Source: Malacoraja senta | Taxonomy: Eukaryota | DNA: 60,000 nucleotides | Reading direction: 5' to 3' | NCBI GenBank assembly: GCA_038087875.1 | Contig: CM075988.1 | Span: forward strand, 13,270,001 to 13,330,000 | Shown: piece after piece, positions 12,167 to 24,584 of the stretch | Layout of the letters: every line of letters starts with the position of its first letter | How positions within the stretch are numbered: the first letter of the stretch is position 1 | Made by a program: the position numbers and the translations under genes | The notes under the pieces: model-generated | What the model was told of the DNA's origin: nothing | What the model saw: only the letters and a program-made list of their open reading frames with translations | Database searches by the model: none

Positions 12167-12478
12167 TGTTTAGTTTAGTTTAATTAGAGATACAGTGCGG
12201 AAACAGGCCTTTCGGCTCACCGAGTCCGCACTGACCAGCGATCCCCGCATATTAACACTATCCTACACACACTAGGGATAATTTTTACATTTACCAAGCC
12301 AATTTATCTACAAACCTGAACATCGAGGAAACCGAAGATCTCAGAGAAAACCTATGCAAGTCACGGGGAGAACGTACAAACTCCGCACAGACAGCACCCA
12401 TAGTCGGGTTCGAATCCGGGTCTCCGGCACTGCAAGCGCTGTTAGGCAGCAACCCTATCGCTACGCCACCATGCCGCC
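12167..12478 (-). mobile_element. HE1/V-type tRNA SINE
   Basis: (TTTAG)n tail, GAGATACAGTGCGGAAACAGGCC, reversed tRNA head TCGAATCCGGGTCTC...CGCTACGCCACCATGCC. Confidence 0.9.
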
Positions 12479-12734
12479 CCTAATTTTGATCAGCAGTAGA
12501 ATGCACCAGTCAGCCAGGCTAATGGAAAGAATCCCAACCCATTTCCTGTTCCTCAAAGATGGCGAGTACGTTTTTAGGGAATCATAGGGAGTAAAAAAAT
12601 TGCAGCATAGCCAGGTTCTCAACTGATCTTGTAAATACAGTATTTGTGCCTCAGCCCAGTTGCTTCTTGTTAATAATGGTCCCCAGAATTTGAGGTGATG
12701 GGGGATTCTGTAATGACTTTGAATATTATATTGA

Positions 12735-13077
12735 AACATTGAAACATATACGATTGTTAAGGGCTTGAACACGCTAGAGGCAGGAAACATGTTCCCGATG
12801 TTCAGGGAGACCAGAACCAGGGGCCACAGTTTAAGAATAAGGAGTAAGCCATTTAGAACGGAGACTAGGAAACACTTTTTCTCACAGTGAGTGGTGAGTC
12901 TGTGGAATTCTCTGCCTCTGAGGGCGGTGGAGGCAGGTTCTCTGGATGCTTTCAAGAGAGAGCTAGATAGGGCTCTTAAAAATGATTGGGGATGATCAGC
13001 CATGATCACATTGAATGGCGGTGCTGGCTCGAAGGGCTGAATGGCCTACTCCTGCACCTATTGTCTATTGTCTATTA
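12735..13077 (+). mobile_element. Relatively young CR1 3' fragment with internal deletion
   Basis: GAGGCAGGAAACATGTTCCCGATG...GAATGGCCTACTCCTGCACCT then (ATTGTCT)2 tail; the segment between GCTCTTAAAAAT and GATTGGGGATG is missing relative to the young CR1s. Confidence 0.9.
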
Positions 13078-13369
13078 TGGTGAGGTATAGATGGTCTGTA
13101 CCTTGTGCTTATATTGCATCAACTTTATTTGTTTGTCAGATATATAATTCTGAGCCTGAGCACAGTCCATGTCCAGTAACTTCAAGACATGTACTGATAC
13201 AAACCCGAGTACTAGTTAACAACTTTTAGACTACTGTTAACTTAAACTTTTCTCCATTCAACCATCTAATCAGTAAAAGGGCATTATTTTTGTCTGTGTC
13301 TTCAACAAATCAGCCCAAACCATCTCCAAAAGGCTTATAGGTAATGAATATAACATACATGTATTAGAT

Positions 13370-13860
13370 ATTGAAGATTTGATCAGGAAAAAAAGTGGAA
13401 ATATATGACAAGTATAAGCAACTGAAATTGAGTGAGATTGTTGAGAAATATGGAGTGTGTAAGAGAAAAGAAGCAAGATTGAGGAAAATCCCTAGACATT
13501 GTCTAAGAATATTAGGAGCAAGAGGATTACCAGGGAAAGTGGATCCCTTTGGAGTTGAAAGGAGGAATCCATTTGTGGAGCCAGTCAATGTGGGCAATGA
13601 ATATTTCTCATCTATATTCACCAAGGACAAGGGGTTGGAGAATAGTGAATTCAGAGAGGGGTACGTTGATAGTCTGGAGCAGGTCAGTATTAAGAAGGTG
13701 GAGGTGTGTGTGTGTCTTGGAATGCATAATGGTGGATAAATCCCTAAAGTTAGATTAAATCTATCCCAAGATGCTGAGCAAAGATCAGCCTTCAGCCTCC
13801 TGCATTCAAAGGAATAAAGTCCTAGCCTGCCCACCTCTACCCGTCGAGTCCTGGCAACAT
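13370..13860 (+). mobile_element. Degraded CR1 ORF2 linker fragment followed by a short inverted RT piece
   Basis: NEYFSSIFTKDK motif in ORF 13395-13739; reverse GRLGLYSFECRRLKADL at about 13780-13834. Confidence 0.7.
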
Positions 13861-14784
13861 CTTTCTATTCATAGTTTTCACTTTTTTTTAAATCTATCAA
13901 ATGTAATCCATTTCTATACCTCAAACTATCAGTATCAAGACCAATTTCTTCACAAACCCTATTGAAATAGCAAGGAATAAATATTGGAATCTCTCTTAAT
14001 TAAAGGGTTTTGTAAAACTATTCAAGAAAGAATTCCACCTACCAACAATCCTATGGTATCTATGATGTATTCAGAAAATCTTCCAACTGCACACAAACTT
14101 GCTTTTCATTTTTAAGGAAACTTACTGTGCACTTTTTGAAGCAAACTAACTTTCTTTACAAAAATACTGAAAAGTCTCTCTGCCTGCTTTCTTCTTAACT
14201 TCTTCAACTATTCAATCTTTGAAGATTTTGAAATAGACCCATGGCCAAAATATTTGGTATGATTACACTGCAGAATAGGATTGAATATGGAGCATACTTG
14301 ACAATTTTCAATTCTTGCTCTTCAATTTTGTGCAAAAAATATCAGATATTACAGAAAGTCAGTAATGTTTCACTGAAAATAAATGAATACATGACAAGGA
14401 TTTCATTGTGTCTCAAAGCAGGCTGTGTTGGAGATATTGTATTTTGAAGACACAAGACAAGCTCAATAGCATTTAGAATAATCAGAACTTGTTTGTTTAA
14501 AACAGATGGTCTATCAATGCACAATGAACTTTAACCCCAGGCAAGTTAAAGCGATGTGCTTTTGAAAAGACATGCTCATTCTGCTCCCATAGAATGTCTT
14601 ATTGAAGAATTAGATAAAACAGGAAAGATGTAATGATGTCTAATTTTAAATGATTCAAAACAGACTTTTCCCACACATCAATTTTTTTGCCAATTTGTTA
14701 TTATCGCATTTTCTTTAATTTCACAATTCAACTTGAGAAATTATTGCATATGTTTATGTTTCAATAGTCAATATCTTTAACAGA

Positions 14785-15085
14785 TATAGAACATAGAACA
14801 GTACAGTACAGGAACAGGTTCTGGCTCACAATGTTTATGCCGAACTTAATGCCAAGCCAAACTCTTATCTGCCTACATATATGCTTTCCTGGATATCAAT
14901 GTGCCTATCCAAAAGTCTCCTCAATGCCATTATCACATCTGCCTCCACCATCACCCCCGGCAGCGCATTCTAGACACCTACTGCACTGTGTAAAAAAAGA
15001 TTGCCCCATACATATCCTTTAAATTTTGCCCCTCCCACACAATGATATGCCCTCTACTGTTTAATATTTCCATCCTGGTGGAAAA
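14785..15085 (-). mobile_element. CR1 3' end
   Basis: ATAGAACATAGAACAGTACAG tail; CTGCCTCCACCATCACCCCCGGCAGCGCATTC. Confidence 0.8.
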
Positions 15086-15240
15086 AATGTTCTTTTGGGT
15101 TGATCTCACTTCAGGTTTGTTGGAAATTCAAAGGAATGGATATGATGATAAATTCTGACGTCAGGTGCTGTTTGTGTGGAGTTTACACACTCTTCCTGTG
15201 ACCACGTGGGTTTCCTCTGAATATTCTGATATCCATCCAC

Positions 15241-15588
15241 ATATAACCATATAACCATATAACCATAACAGCACGGAAACAGGCCATCTCGGCCCTTCAA
15301 GTCCGTGCCGAACATTTAAATTTTTATTTCTTCTTTTTTTTAAATTAAAAATAAAATACTTCCCCCTAGTCCCATCTACCTGCACTCAGACCATAACCCT
15401 CCATTCCTTTCCCGTCCATATACCCATCCAATCTATTTTTAAAGGATAACATCGAACCTGCCTCCACCACTTCCACTGGAAGCTCATTCCACACAGCTAC
15501 CACTCTCTGAGTAAAGAAGTTCCCCCTAATGTTCCCCCTAAACTTCTGTCCCTTAATTCTCAAGTCATGTCCCCTTGTTTGAATATCT
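15241..15588 (-). mobile_element. CR1 3' end with (ATATGGTT)n tail
   Basis: ORF 15366-15563 RGNFFTQRVVAVWNELPVEVVEAGS; ATAACCAT x3. Confidence 0.9.
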
Positions 15589-15718
15589 AGTTTGGTGGGT
15601 TAATTGGCTATTATACATCTCTTGTGTGTAAGTGAGTGGTAGAATCTGGAAGGGAGTTGGAATATGGGGAGAAAAAATGGGGTTAATGTTGGGTTAGTGT
15701 AACTACAAATGTTTGATG

Positions 15719-15938
15719 TGTAGGAAAGAACTGCAGATGCTGGTTTAAATCAAAGACAGACACAAAATGCTGGAGCAACTCAGTGGGACAGGCAGCATCT
15801 GGAGAGAAGGAATGGGTGACTTTTCGGGTCGAGACCCTTCTTCAGACTGAACTAGGGTCGCGACTCGAAACATCACCCATTCCTTCTCTCCAGAGATGCT
15901 AGCTGTCCCGCTGAGTTACTCCAGCATTTTGCGTCTAT
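15719..15938. mobile_element. Fold-back Penelope-like short element
   Basis: Inverted arms; TSD CTACA(A/G)ATGTTTGATG at 15703-15718 and 15939-15954. Confidence 0.9.
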
Positions 15939-16749
15939 CTACAGATGTTTGATGATTGGATGGGGACTTTATAGGTTGAAAGATGTTTCCATCTGCATCT
16001 CTTTTTGACTTTTACTCAATATCAGGTTCAATATCTTACTCAATATCAAACTCAAGTTCAGGTGAATATCAAAGATTTCTTGGCACAACTTTTAGAACAG
16101 GGACATTTAGTGTAGTGATTAATATTCCCCCCTCTCAACCAACACCAGAAGAATAAATTATCTGGTCTTTATTCTTGTTTATAGGGAATTGTTGTTTACA
16201 AGCTGGCTGCTCTTTTTGTTCCCTAAGGTAACTTGGTAGCTGTGAAATTCTTAGAATTGTCTTTAAGAAGTATGAAAGGCTCAGAATTGTTTGTTCAATA
16301 TCAAGCAGAACATCTTCCAGGAAATGTTTTGTTCCAATTAAGTTGCTTTGATCGATTGGCAATGCTTTAAAGTAAAATAGCATTCAACTGAATCCTTCAG
16401 AGCAATATTAGTTATTGGATAATGGAATAATTTGCTTATGCAACGTTATCTGGGGACTCTCCGGGTGAGAGCATACATCCAAACACTAAAGAAAAATGAT
16501 TTTTTTAAATCCCTGATTGTCACAGATGCATCATAAGATTAGATAATAATGTGCAAATTATTTAAAGGGATATAGTCAAATTATTTAAGGCTTTATCATT
16601 TATAAATAATGACTGTAATGATGCAACCAGCAATGACAAATGTGTAATAGGTCTATGTTGGACAGTGAAACATTACAATGAAATGGTTGCTTTACCTATG
16701 TAGAGTTAGCTCTACATATCAGTCTCTTCATTATTTTCAACTGGGAAAC

Positions 16750-17263
16750 AGTATCATGAATGGATTGCCAAGATTGTTTTAGATTAATATTTCAAGCAAC
16801 AAGGTGAATGTGCTTTCTCAGAATATATTTAAAATACTTGCCCCAATTTTCCTTTATTCAGACTTGCTGCCAATGATGGCAATGTAGAAGAGATGATTTC
16901 CATCCGCACTTTCAGTCGGAAACTGGATTGGCATAATGAGATAACGGTGTGGAACATAATGTCACATTCTTAAGCCATCATCATTTTGATCAAGATCCAC
17001 GCTTGACCAATTATGAATCAGGCAGAAGTGTTACAAAAGTGTGAAAATCAACTTTTGAGTTCTTGGGACAAAGAAATTGTTTTCAGACATGACCTAAAGT
17101 GTACAGAGGAATATTTGAAGGTGTCGGAATGGAGGAGGGACTCACTGAGATAAGAACACCTCCAATAATTGTGAAGTAGTATTGTTAATGCATTGCCAAC
17201 ATCGTCTAAAATTAATATTTCAAGCAACATGGTGAATGTGCTGTCTCAGAATGCATTTAAAAT
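16750..17263 (+). repeat. 86-bp direct repeat pair, 428 bp apart
   Basis: 16750-16835 vs 17178-17263, ungapped, 13 mismatches by eye. Confidence 0.85.
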
Positions 17264-18039
17264 TTCAATGTCACCAGAGACCTCAACTCTGGTGCTACCA
17301 AACGGTGGTCTATTTTGACTTTGCAGCTCTTTCCACATGGAATAAATGCCACTGAGGCTAAATAGACTCACATTCTTTATGGCATGTTTGTGCTTTGCCC
17401 ACCGTTCTACCTTTTACACACAGTGGATGTGGACACAGCACACTCGAAGCAGGTCTTTGCTATTTTAGAAATTGGAAAATTGTTTGTGTAATATCATACT
17501 GCCTAGCCATGAAGCTCTCAGATACTTAACGTTACTGGTGTAGATAATCATGTTACCACTAAGTAATCAAAAAGCAAGTCTGACCATTAATAACCATTGT
17601 TTAATAACAAAAATATCATAATAATTTCCATCCTTAGATTAATTTTACACTAAAACAAATTACCTATTAACCAAAGACTTTATAATTGCTTTCTTTGCTT
17701 AAAAGAGAGCAGTTAATGAGACCATCAGAACATATGTTGGTAAGCTCCATGAAAAGATAAAAAGGAATAAATCTTCAGCAATTAAGTCGTAGCAACATTC
17801 TTTCCTCCGTCTTGTAAGAATCCACACAATGAAGTTTTCTGTTTCTGCTCAGAATATGACCATTAATTCCAGACTTGTTGAAGCAGCCATAATCAGGCAA
17901 GGGGCACTGCATTCTCTTTTGAAAATCTTCTAGAAAGTTCAATAACAAGGCAGAAAAAATAGTTGGGAGAGAAAGGCTCGTAACCAGGCAAGTCAGTCAT
18001 CTTCAAATGTGACCAGTAATATCTATCCACATTCATTCA

Positions 18040-18610
18040 TCAGGAGTTCATGAGATAAGGTCCAAGTACACACCCCAATCAAAACCAATAGTACTGAAGA
18101 GAAGTGTAGGAAGGGACTGCAGATACTAGTTTAAACCAAAGATAGATACAAAAAGCTGGAGTAACTCAGCGGGACAGGGAACATCCCTGGAGAGAAGGAA
18201 TGGGTGACATTTGGGCTGGTGTCTGGCTGGTGTCTGAAGAAGAGTCTCAACCTGAAACATCACCCGTTCCTTCTCTCCAGAGATGCTGCCTATCCCGCTG
18301 AGTTACTCCAGCTTTTTGTGTCTATCTTCGTGCTGAAGAGAAGTTGGATGAGAACTTCAAGTTCCAAGGTGTAAATATCACCAACAATTTGTCCTGGATC
18401 AACCACGTTGAAGCTATGACCAAGAGAGCACACTCGCACCTCTACCACCTCAGAAGATCAAGGAAGTTCAGCACGTCTTCACGACTCTTACCAACTTCTA
18501 CAAATGTACCATAGAAAGCATCCCACTTAGGAGAGTTGTGAATGTAGCCCAGTCCATCGCACAGGCCAGCCTCCGCACAATCTGCTCCATCTACACTTCA
18601 TGCCTCGAGA
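18040..18610 (+). pseudogene. Rex1/Babar-like LINE RT C-terminal remnant (interrupted at 18106-18329)
   Basis: Translates approximately FKFQGVNITNNLSWINHVEAMTKRAHSHLYHLRR...TNFYKCTIESI. Confidence 0.75.
18106..18329. mobile_element. Fold-back Penelope-like short element
   Basis: Inverted arms; TSD GT(A/G)CTGAAGAGAAGT at 18091-18105 and 18330-18344. Confidence 0.9.
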
Positions 18611-18649
18611 TGTCCTGATGCATATATTGGCTCACATTAGCAAGGGGTA

Positions 18650-18855
18650 ACACAGGGAGAGGTGAGAAGTGGATAATGGAGAGAAAAGAATGAAAGGAGG
18701 AGATAAAAAGAGGAAAGAGAGGGGGAGTGAGCCAGGAAGTGAGGGGAGGATTACGAGACAGAGGAAAGGGGAGGGAAGAGTGAGAAAGAGAGAGAGAGAG
18801 GGGGGGAGAGAAAGGATGGAGAAAGGGGGGTGAGAGGCAGGAAAGAGATGGGTAA
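18650..18855. repeat. Purine-rich (GA/GGA) low-complexity tract
   Basis: Almost exclusively A/G on the + strand. Confidence 0.75.
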
Positions 18856-19911
18856 GATATACATAGTCATCCATTTCAGAGTAAAGACACATCTATAATC
18901 TGTACAGAATTCTAAACGTTGCAGCACCTTTCACTCACATTGATCTGGTTATTAAAGTTAGCAGCAAATAGTAATATACAACTGAATGAAGTACATGTTT
19001 TCATCAACCTTTCTCCACCATTAAAACAGAGCAGAATTAGACTCATACTTTCTTCATCTCTGCGGAAACAACTGAGCAACGGATTTTGGAACCCATCTGA
19101 CGCCAGACCATCATTAGCCAAAGCTCAGCTTTCAGTGTTCTGCAAAATCAGACGTGCACAACTGAAATTAATTGAAGCTGGATAGTTGGATAAAACATTA
19201 AGACCCTTCTCATCCTTTTGATTGCCACTGAAGAAAAGAAGTTGGGGATTAGTTGTTTGCTGATTCTTCACAGTGGGGGACAAAGGGCCTCTTTTATTCA
19301 TTAAACAGGGAAAAGTAGCTTGTGTATCTCTCAGTTCAGTGCAGACAGAAGCTTACAGATTATAAATGAGATGACCTCATTGGGAGTTATGTTTAACGGG
19401 AGCATCAAACGCTTGCAATTAAATGATGTGAACTTCTGTAGCATTCTCTTTCAAGGCTAAACATTCTGTTAAACACTAATGTCTTGTTCAACAAAATGTC
19501 AGATAAGGATTCTATACCAGAATTCTTCATGTGATAAGGCCCTACCAGATTCAGTCAGGGCTAACAGGGGAGGTATTGTTCAGAGGTGTAATTTTCCTTT
19601 TGACAGGGTTAGGGAAAACAAACAGAAGTTTAGTTCACTGGTCTGTTGACCAATTGGATAGAGAGCAGTTAATGTGATTTCAGAGCAAATCATTATCTGG
19701 GACTTCTCCTTCATTCTGTTTGGCCTCTAGCCTGTTATGACCCAGGAGGCAACCATTCCAGGCAGAGATTGACCCAAGGACTTCATCCATATCAACATCC
19801 TGCTGGAACAAACAAGTGGGTAGATGTTGTTACATTGAGTTCAACACTGATTGATAGTCAATCAGTCTGTGGAAATTCACAAGCACCTGACAGAACAATA
19901 GCTTGAGCGAG

Positions 19912-20160
19912 CAACAAGTGCCGGAGTAACTCAGCGGGTCAGTCAGCATCTGTGGAGAAGGTGGAGAGATGATGTTTCAGGTTGGGACCCTTTTTCAGAC
20001 TGATTGTAGTCGGGGGTGGAAAACTGAAAAAGGAAGGTGGGGCCGGTACAAAGCCTGGCAAGTGATAGGTGGATACAAATGAGAGAGAAGGGATTCATTG
20101 GCAGATGGATGGAGTAAATGAAAAAGACTAGTGGTGAAAATGAGACAAAAGGTTGTCCGA
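19912..20160 (-). mobile_element. Penelope-like terminal region
   Basis: GGAGTAACTCAGCGGGTCAG...TTCAGACTGATTGTAG...AAAGCCTGGCAAGTGATAGGTGGATACA. Confidence 0.8.
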
Positions 20161-20246
20161 TCGGGAGAGATGCATTTAAAGCATTGAAATACTGCCTTCA
20201 ATGAAGTAAAATGCCTCACGCTTCCTCAAGGTTGGCAGGCTACTTT

Positions 20247-20558
20247 TTTTTAGTTTAGTTTAGAGATACAGCGTGGAAACAGGCCCTTCGGCCCACCGGG
20301 TCTGCGCCGACCAGCCAACATCGCACATTAACACCATCCTACACCCACTAGAGACAATTTTTACATTTACCAAGCCAATTAACCTACAAACCTGTATGTC
20401 TTTGGAGTGTGGGAGGAAACTAAAGATCTCGGAGAAAACCCACGCATGTCACGGGGAGAACATTCAAACTCCATACAGACAGAACCCGTAGTTGGGATCG
20501 AACCCGGGTCTCCAGCGCTGCATTCGCTGTAAGGAACAACTCTACCGCTGCGCCACCT
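20247..20558 (-). mobile_element. HE1/V-type tRNA SINE, full length
   Basis: (TTTAG)n tail; reversed B-box GGATCGAACC; reversed A-box CCGCTGCGCCA. Confidence 0.92.
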
Positions 20559-20732
20559 TGACCGCCTGCCACTCTCATCTCTAAAACTGCTACTCAAATG
20601 CATCAGTCTTTTTTCAGGCGAGAAGCAAATGCAGAAGAAAATGAGGAACTTAAAACCATATTACACCATAGGGAGGAAGTGCATTCTTACTGTGAGTGCT
20701 TGATTTTGGCTTGTCTTATATTCTGATCTACC

Positions 20733-20770
20733 AATGGATGCCAGTAATGGATGCCAGTAATGGCCTCAGT
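20733..20770. repeat. 13-bp tandem repeat, about 3 copies
   Basis: AATGGATGCCAGT x2 + AATGGCCTCAGT. Confidence 0.75.
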
Positions 20771-21199
20771 AACCAATTTTCAGTGTTGAAGCTTGTCCAA
20801 ACATCACAGTGATAGAGATTTATTAAATTCTATAACCACAATGGAAATAATGAAGATTACTATATCTGCAATATTGTCATTGGAACTCAATTGCACTTTA
20901 ATGCAATTCAAAAAAAATGTCAGTCAACCCTAGTTCTGGATTGTATGTGATTTCAGTTCAACCTGACGTAGTTAAACGTCATAGTTTTTGAGGGCCAGAC
21001 ACATTACGCACCACCAGATCTACACAAGATAAGTATTACTTTCTGGCTGTTGACCACATCCTGAGAAATACTAGTTAAGAAAAGCAATCTTGCATTTTCG
21101 ATGACTGATTAACAACAATGATATACTATTGAGCACAAAGATTCTGCATCAGAGGAACATTTGGGCAACCACCATAGAACATAGAACCATAGATTTGGG

Positions 21200-22240
21200 A
21201 TGGCACAGCGACGCAGCGGTAGAGTTGCTGTCATGCTGCGCCAGAGATCTGGATTCGATCCTGACTACGGGTACAGTCTATACAGAGTTTGCACATTCGT
21301 GACTGGGTGGGCCAAAGGGCCTATTTCCGCGCTGTGTCTCTTAACTAAACCAAACTAAGCAGTGCTGGAGTAACTCAGCGGGTCAGGCAGATCTATGGAG
21401 AACATGAATAGGCGACCTTTCGGATCGGGACCATTCTTCAGACTGATTGTAATCGTGGGGAGAAAGCTGGAAGAGTGCGGGACAAAGCCTGGCAAGTGAT
21501 AGGTGTAAACAATTGAAGGGAATTTTGATTTGCAGATGGATGAACAAATGCCAGATGGGAAGAAGATAAAAGACTAAGATACTGAAAATAAGCCTGAAAC
21601 TGGAGAATTCAATGTTCATACCGTTGGATCGTAAGCTACCCAAGCAGATCGGAGGGTGCTGAACATCACCTTAAAACTATGCCCTTTGGTCTTTGACATT
21701 TCCATATGGGTAAAAGGTTCTGACTTTATACTTGTCTATGCCTCTCACTATTTGATACTTCCACCAGGTCTCCCCTTAGGTTCTGATGCTGCAGAAAAAC
21801 TCCGTTTGTCCAACCTCTCTTTATAGCTACTACCCTCCAATCCAAGCAGCAGCAGGGTAGTTCAGTGTGTTTCAGACCTCACTCTGAAGAAGGGTCTCAA
21901 CCCGAAACATCGCCCATTCCTTCTCTCCATAGATGCTGCCTCTCCCGCTGAGTTTCTCCAGCATTTTTGGAGGTGTGTGTTGCAGGTTGGCCCCAACCAG
22001 TTTTTAAATCACCTGCTCCTGAAAAAACACTGAGAAACTCCCCAAGACATTACCTTCTCAGCCAATCCCCGCATTCACTCCTTCACCTGCCGTTCCTCTG
22101 CTGAGGAGGTAGTTTAGGTGACGCAAGGGAACTGTAGATGCTGGTTTACAGATAAATACGCAAAGTGCTGGAGTAACTCAGCAGCTCAGCAGGTCAGGCA
22201 GCATCTTTGGAGAACATGGGCAGGTGAGATTTCAGAGAAA
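21200..22240. mobile_element. Cluster: internally deleted SINE (21200-21358 +), Penelope-like pieces (21360-21660 -, 21880-21970 +, 22118-22235 -), CR1 fragment (21670-21860 -)
   Basis: Each piece matches a family seen elsewhere in the window. Confidence 0.75.
21884..21911 (+). ncRNA. Minimal type I hammerhead-ribozyme-like motif (representative copy)
   Basis: CTGAAGA-A-GGGT ctca ACCC-GAAA-CATC; consensus over copies in the window is CTGAAGAAGGGTCTCGACCCGAAACGTC. Confidence 0.55.
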
Positions 22241-23804
22241 CGTTAGAGGAGTCAATCCACTGACGATCTGATGATGTGTGACTTCCTGCGACTGTCCATT
22301 GTCAGTCTTTCTCAGCTACTCTAGTCTTGGCTGAGCTGACATTTTTAATGGTTCAATGGTACTTTAATGTCGCATGTACCTATGTACGGTGACTTATTTT
22401 GGCATGTCGTTCAGTGACAATCCTACCATACATTAGGCACAATCATTTGTACACAAATATAAGAGAGTAAGATAGTAGACCATACTGGGTCACTTGGCCC
22501 ATGGTCCTGGCAGCGGCACTGAACCAGAGTTGCTGGGATCTTCCTACCCAGGCGACGTATCAGTGTAAACCCCACAGGTCACTAACAGTGGAAACTGCAG
22601 TTATCCCTTTGACTAACATTAACTTTTGCTCTTTATACTCCTCACTGACCTTCAGTCCCCCCCCCCCCTCTCCTATCTGCACTCTTTGCCATCTGTTTAA
22701 GATAATGTTAATATGTTACCAAATAAGACTTTGAAGTACATTACAGATGGTCAAACACAACTTCAACTCACAATGCAGTTACATGTTACGTGGGAATATA
22801 CAATATTGAAAATGTTGCCACCTGTGTGTCTGTTGTTGAAATCAGTATCTTGACATGAAATAACACACAGCAGTTCTATGCTTGGCCTGATTACTATTTC
22901 TGATCATTTTCAACAGCTTCTGACTATGTTAATATTTTTAAAGGTACCAGGTATGGAAACCAGAAATATGGAACCTATAATTTTTGACTTTACTGTGAGC
23001 ATACAACTCCATTGATTCTTCAAAATGAAGTGGGGGTGGTGGTGCTCAGAAAGAAAACCATATCTCTCCCTCACTCTCTCTCCCCCTCCCCCTCTCCTCC
23101 CCCTCTCAGCTTTTATACACTTTACAGATTCTCTGTTTCTCTCAGGGACAGATAAAGTGGATATGGCTTTAGAATAAGATTTAGAAAGGATCTGGGGTCT
23201 CTTTTCACCTAGAAACTGCAATACTGACAGAGAGAGAAATGGAAGCAGAGTAACTGACAGCATTTAGGATGTGTCCATGCAACTACCTGAATCGCTAAGC
23301 ATAAAAGTTTGCGGGTCAAATGCTGGAAAATGAGATTAATACAGAAGGGTGCTCACTGGTCAGCATGGACGTGATGGTCTGAATGGCCTGTTTTAACAAA
23401 GTGCGATTCTGTGACACTGGGAATATGCTGGTATATCAAACTTTCTGGATCAGTAGTCATCTGTTACTTTATATCTCCAAGACATCTTGAAGTAATTACA
23501 GACACCCATACTTCCTGCAAATATCCAGGACATCTTCTTGCTGTAGAACTGTGCAACTGACAGTTTCTTCCTTTTTGAAGATGTTATTACACGATAAGAA
23601 CTGCAGAGGACACTATATCACTGTGAATACTGAATAATGCTTAATTAGTGAGAATATGCTGAACTGCATTGCAAAATATCATCTTTTCATGTGTACAAAA
23701 ATGGTATGCAGTTCGATCCATCTAAATAAGTACCTGAATATTGATTACTGGTAAGTGATTGAATGTAGATACCCTCTTCATGTGTTCACTCATAATGTGC
23801 GTGT

Positions 23805-23962
23805 TTATAGGTTAATTGGCCTCTGTAACTTGCCCCTAGTGTGTAGGGAGTGGATGAGAACGTGGGATACCATAGAACTAACGTGAATAGGTGATCGATG
23901 GTTGGTATAGACCCAGTGGGGCGAAGGTCCTGTTTCCATGCTATAACTCTAAGCTAAAACTC
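23805..23962 (+). mobile_element. SINE 3' half
   Basis: TAGGTTAATTGGCCTCTGTAACTTGCCCCTAGTGTGTAGG...CCTGTTTCCATGCT. Confidence 0.75.
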
Positions 23963-24584
23963 AACACCCTCACTAACTATGCATCACTTTAGCTATCTTT
24001 ACCCAATGGTACTGTCATTTGCCTGGTCTGTGTTTTTTTTTTTCAAGAAACTTGTTAAAGTCAATGGAAATCTGCTATTAATAATGGAGATCGTATATGA
24101 TGAATTATATTTCATGGTCAAGATTTTCAAATCTAAACATTTTACATTTTATTCACAAACAGCAGGAAGTTTCTCAGTGATATAAATTGTAGATTTATTA
24201 TGAAGAAATAATCAATCTTTCAGAATATATGCAAAAGGAACAAACCAAGAAGAACAATGTACAGATTAGAGTATTGCATATTTAAAGAAATTCTGAAGTA
24301 ACTGGCTAGTTACAAAATAGTTAAAAAAGACAAAGGTTGAATAATAATTCACTGATTTATGGAATGCTAGGAAATGCTGGCCACACAGTATAATTGTGAC
24401 TTTTCAATCATTTTCAATATTAAATCATCAATTATTAACTTGCATCATATCCAGTTTTCCCAGTTAGCACTGCAGAGCAGGGGTGTCTTTTTTTCTTTCT
24501 GTCTTAAGAATATCCTTTAACACTAACCTCAAACACACACCCTTTCTGGCTGGTCAAACCCGTACAGGTTCATACTGTAAGTCA

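Larger units (their letters stand above)
15150..16010 (+). mobile_element. Older V-type SINE split by a CR1 (15241-15588) and a Penelope-like palindrome (15719-15938)
   Basis: GGTGCTGTTTGTGTGGAGTTT...GTGGGTTTCCTCT | GGTTAATTGGC...GTTTGATG | ...TGTTTCCATCTGCATCTC. Confidence 0.7.

Noticed and set aside
14126..14267. Possible minus-strand exon bounded by CTGCAG and GTAAG
   Set aside because: Stops in all three frames and a weak donor
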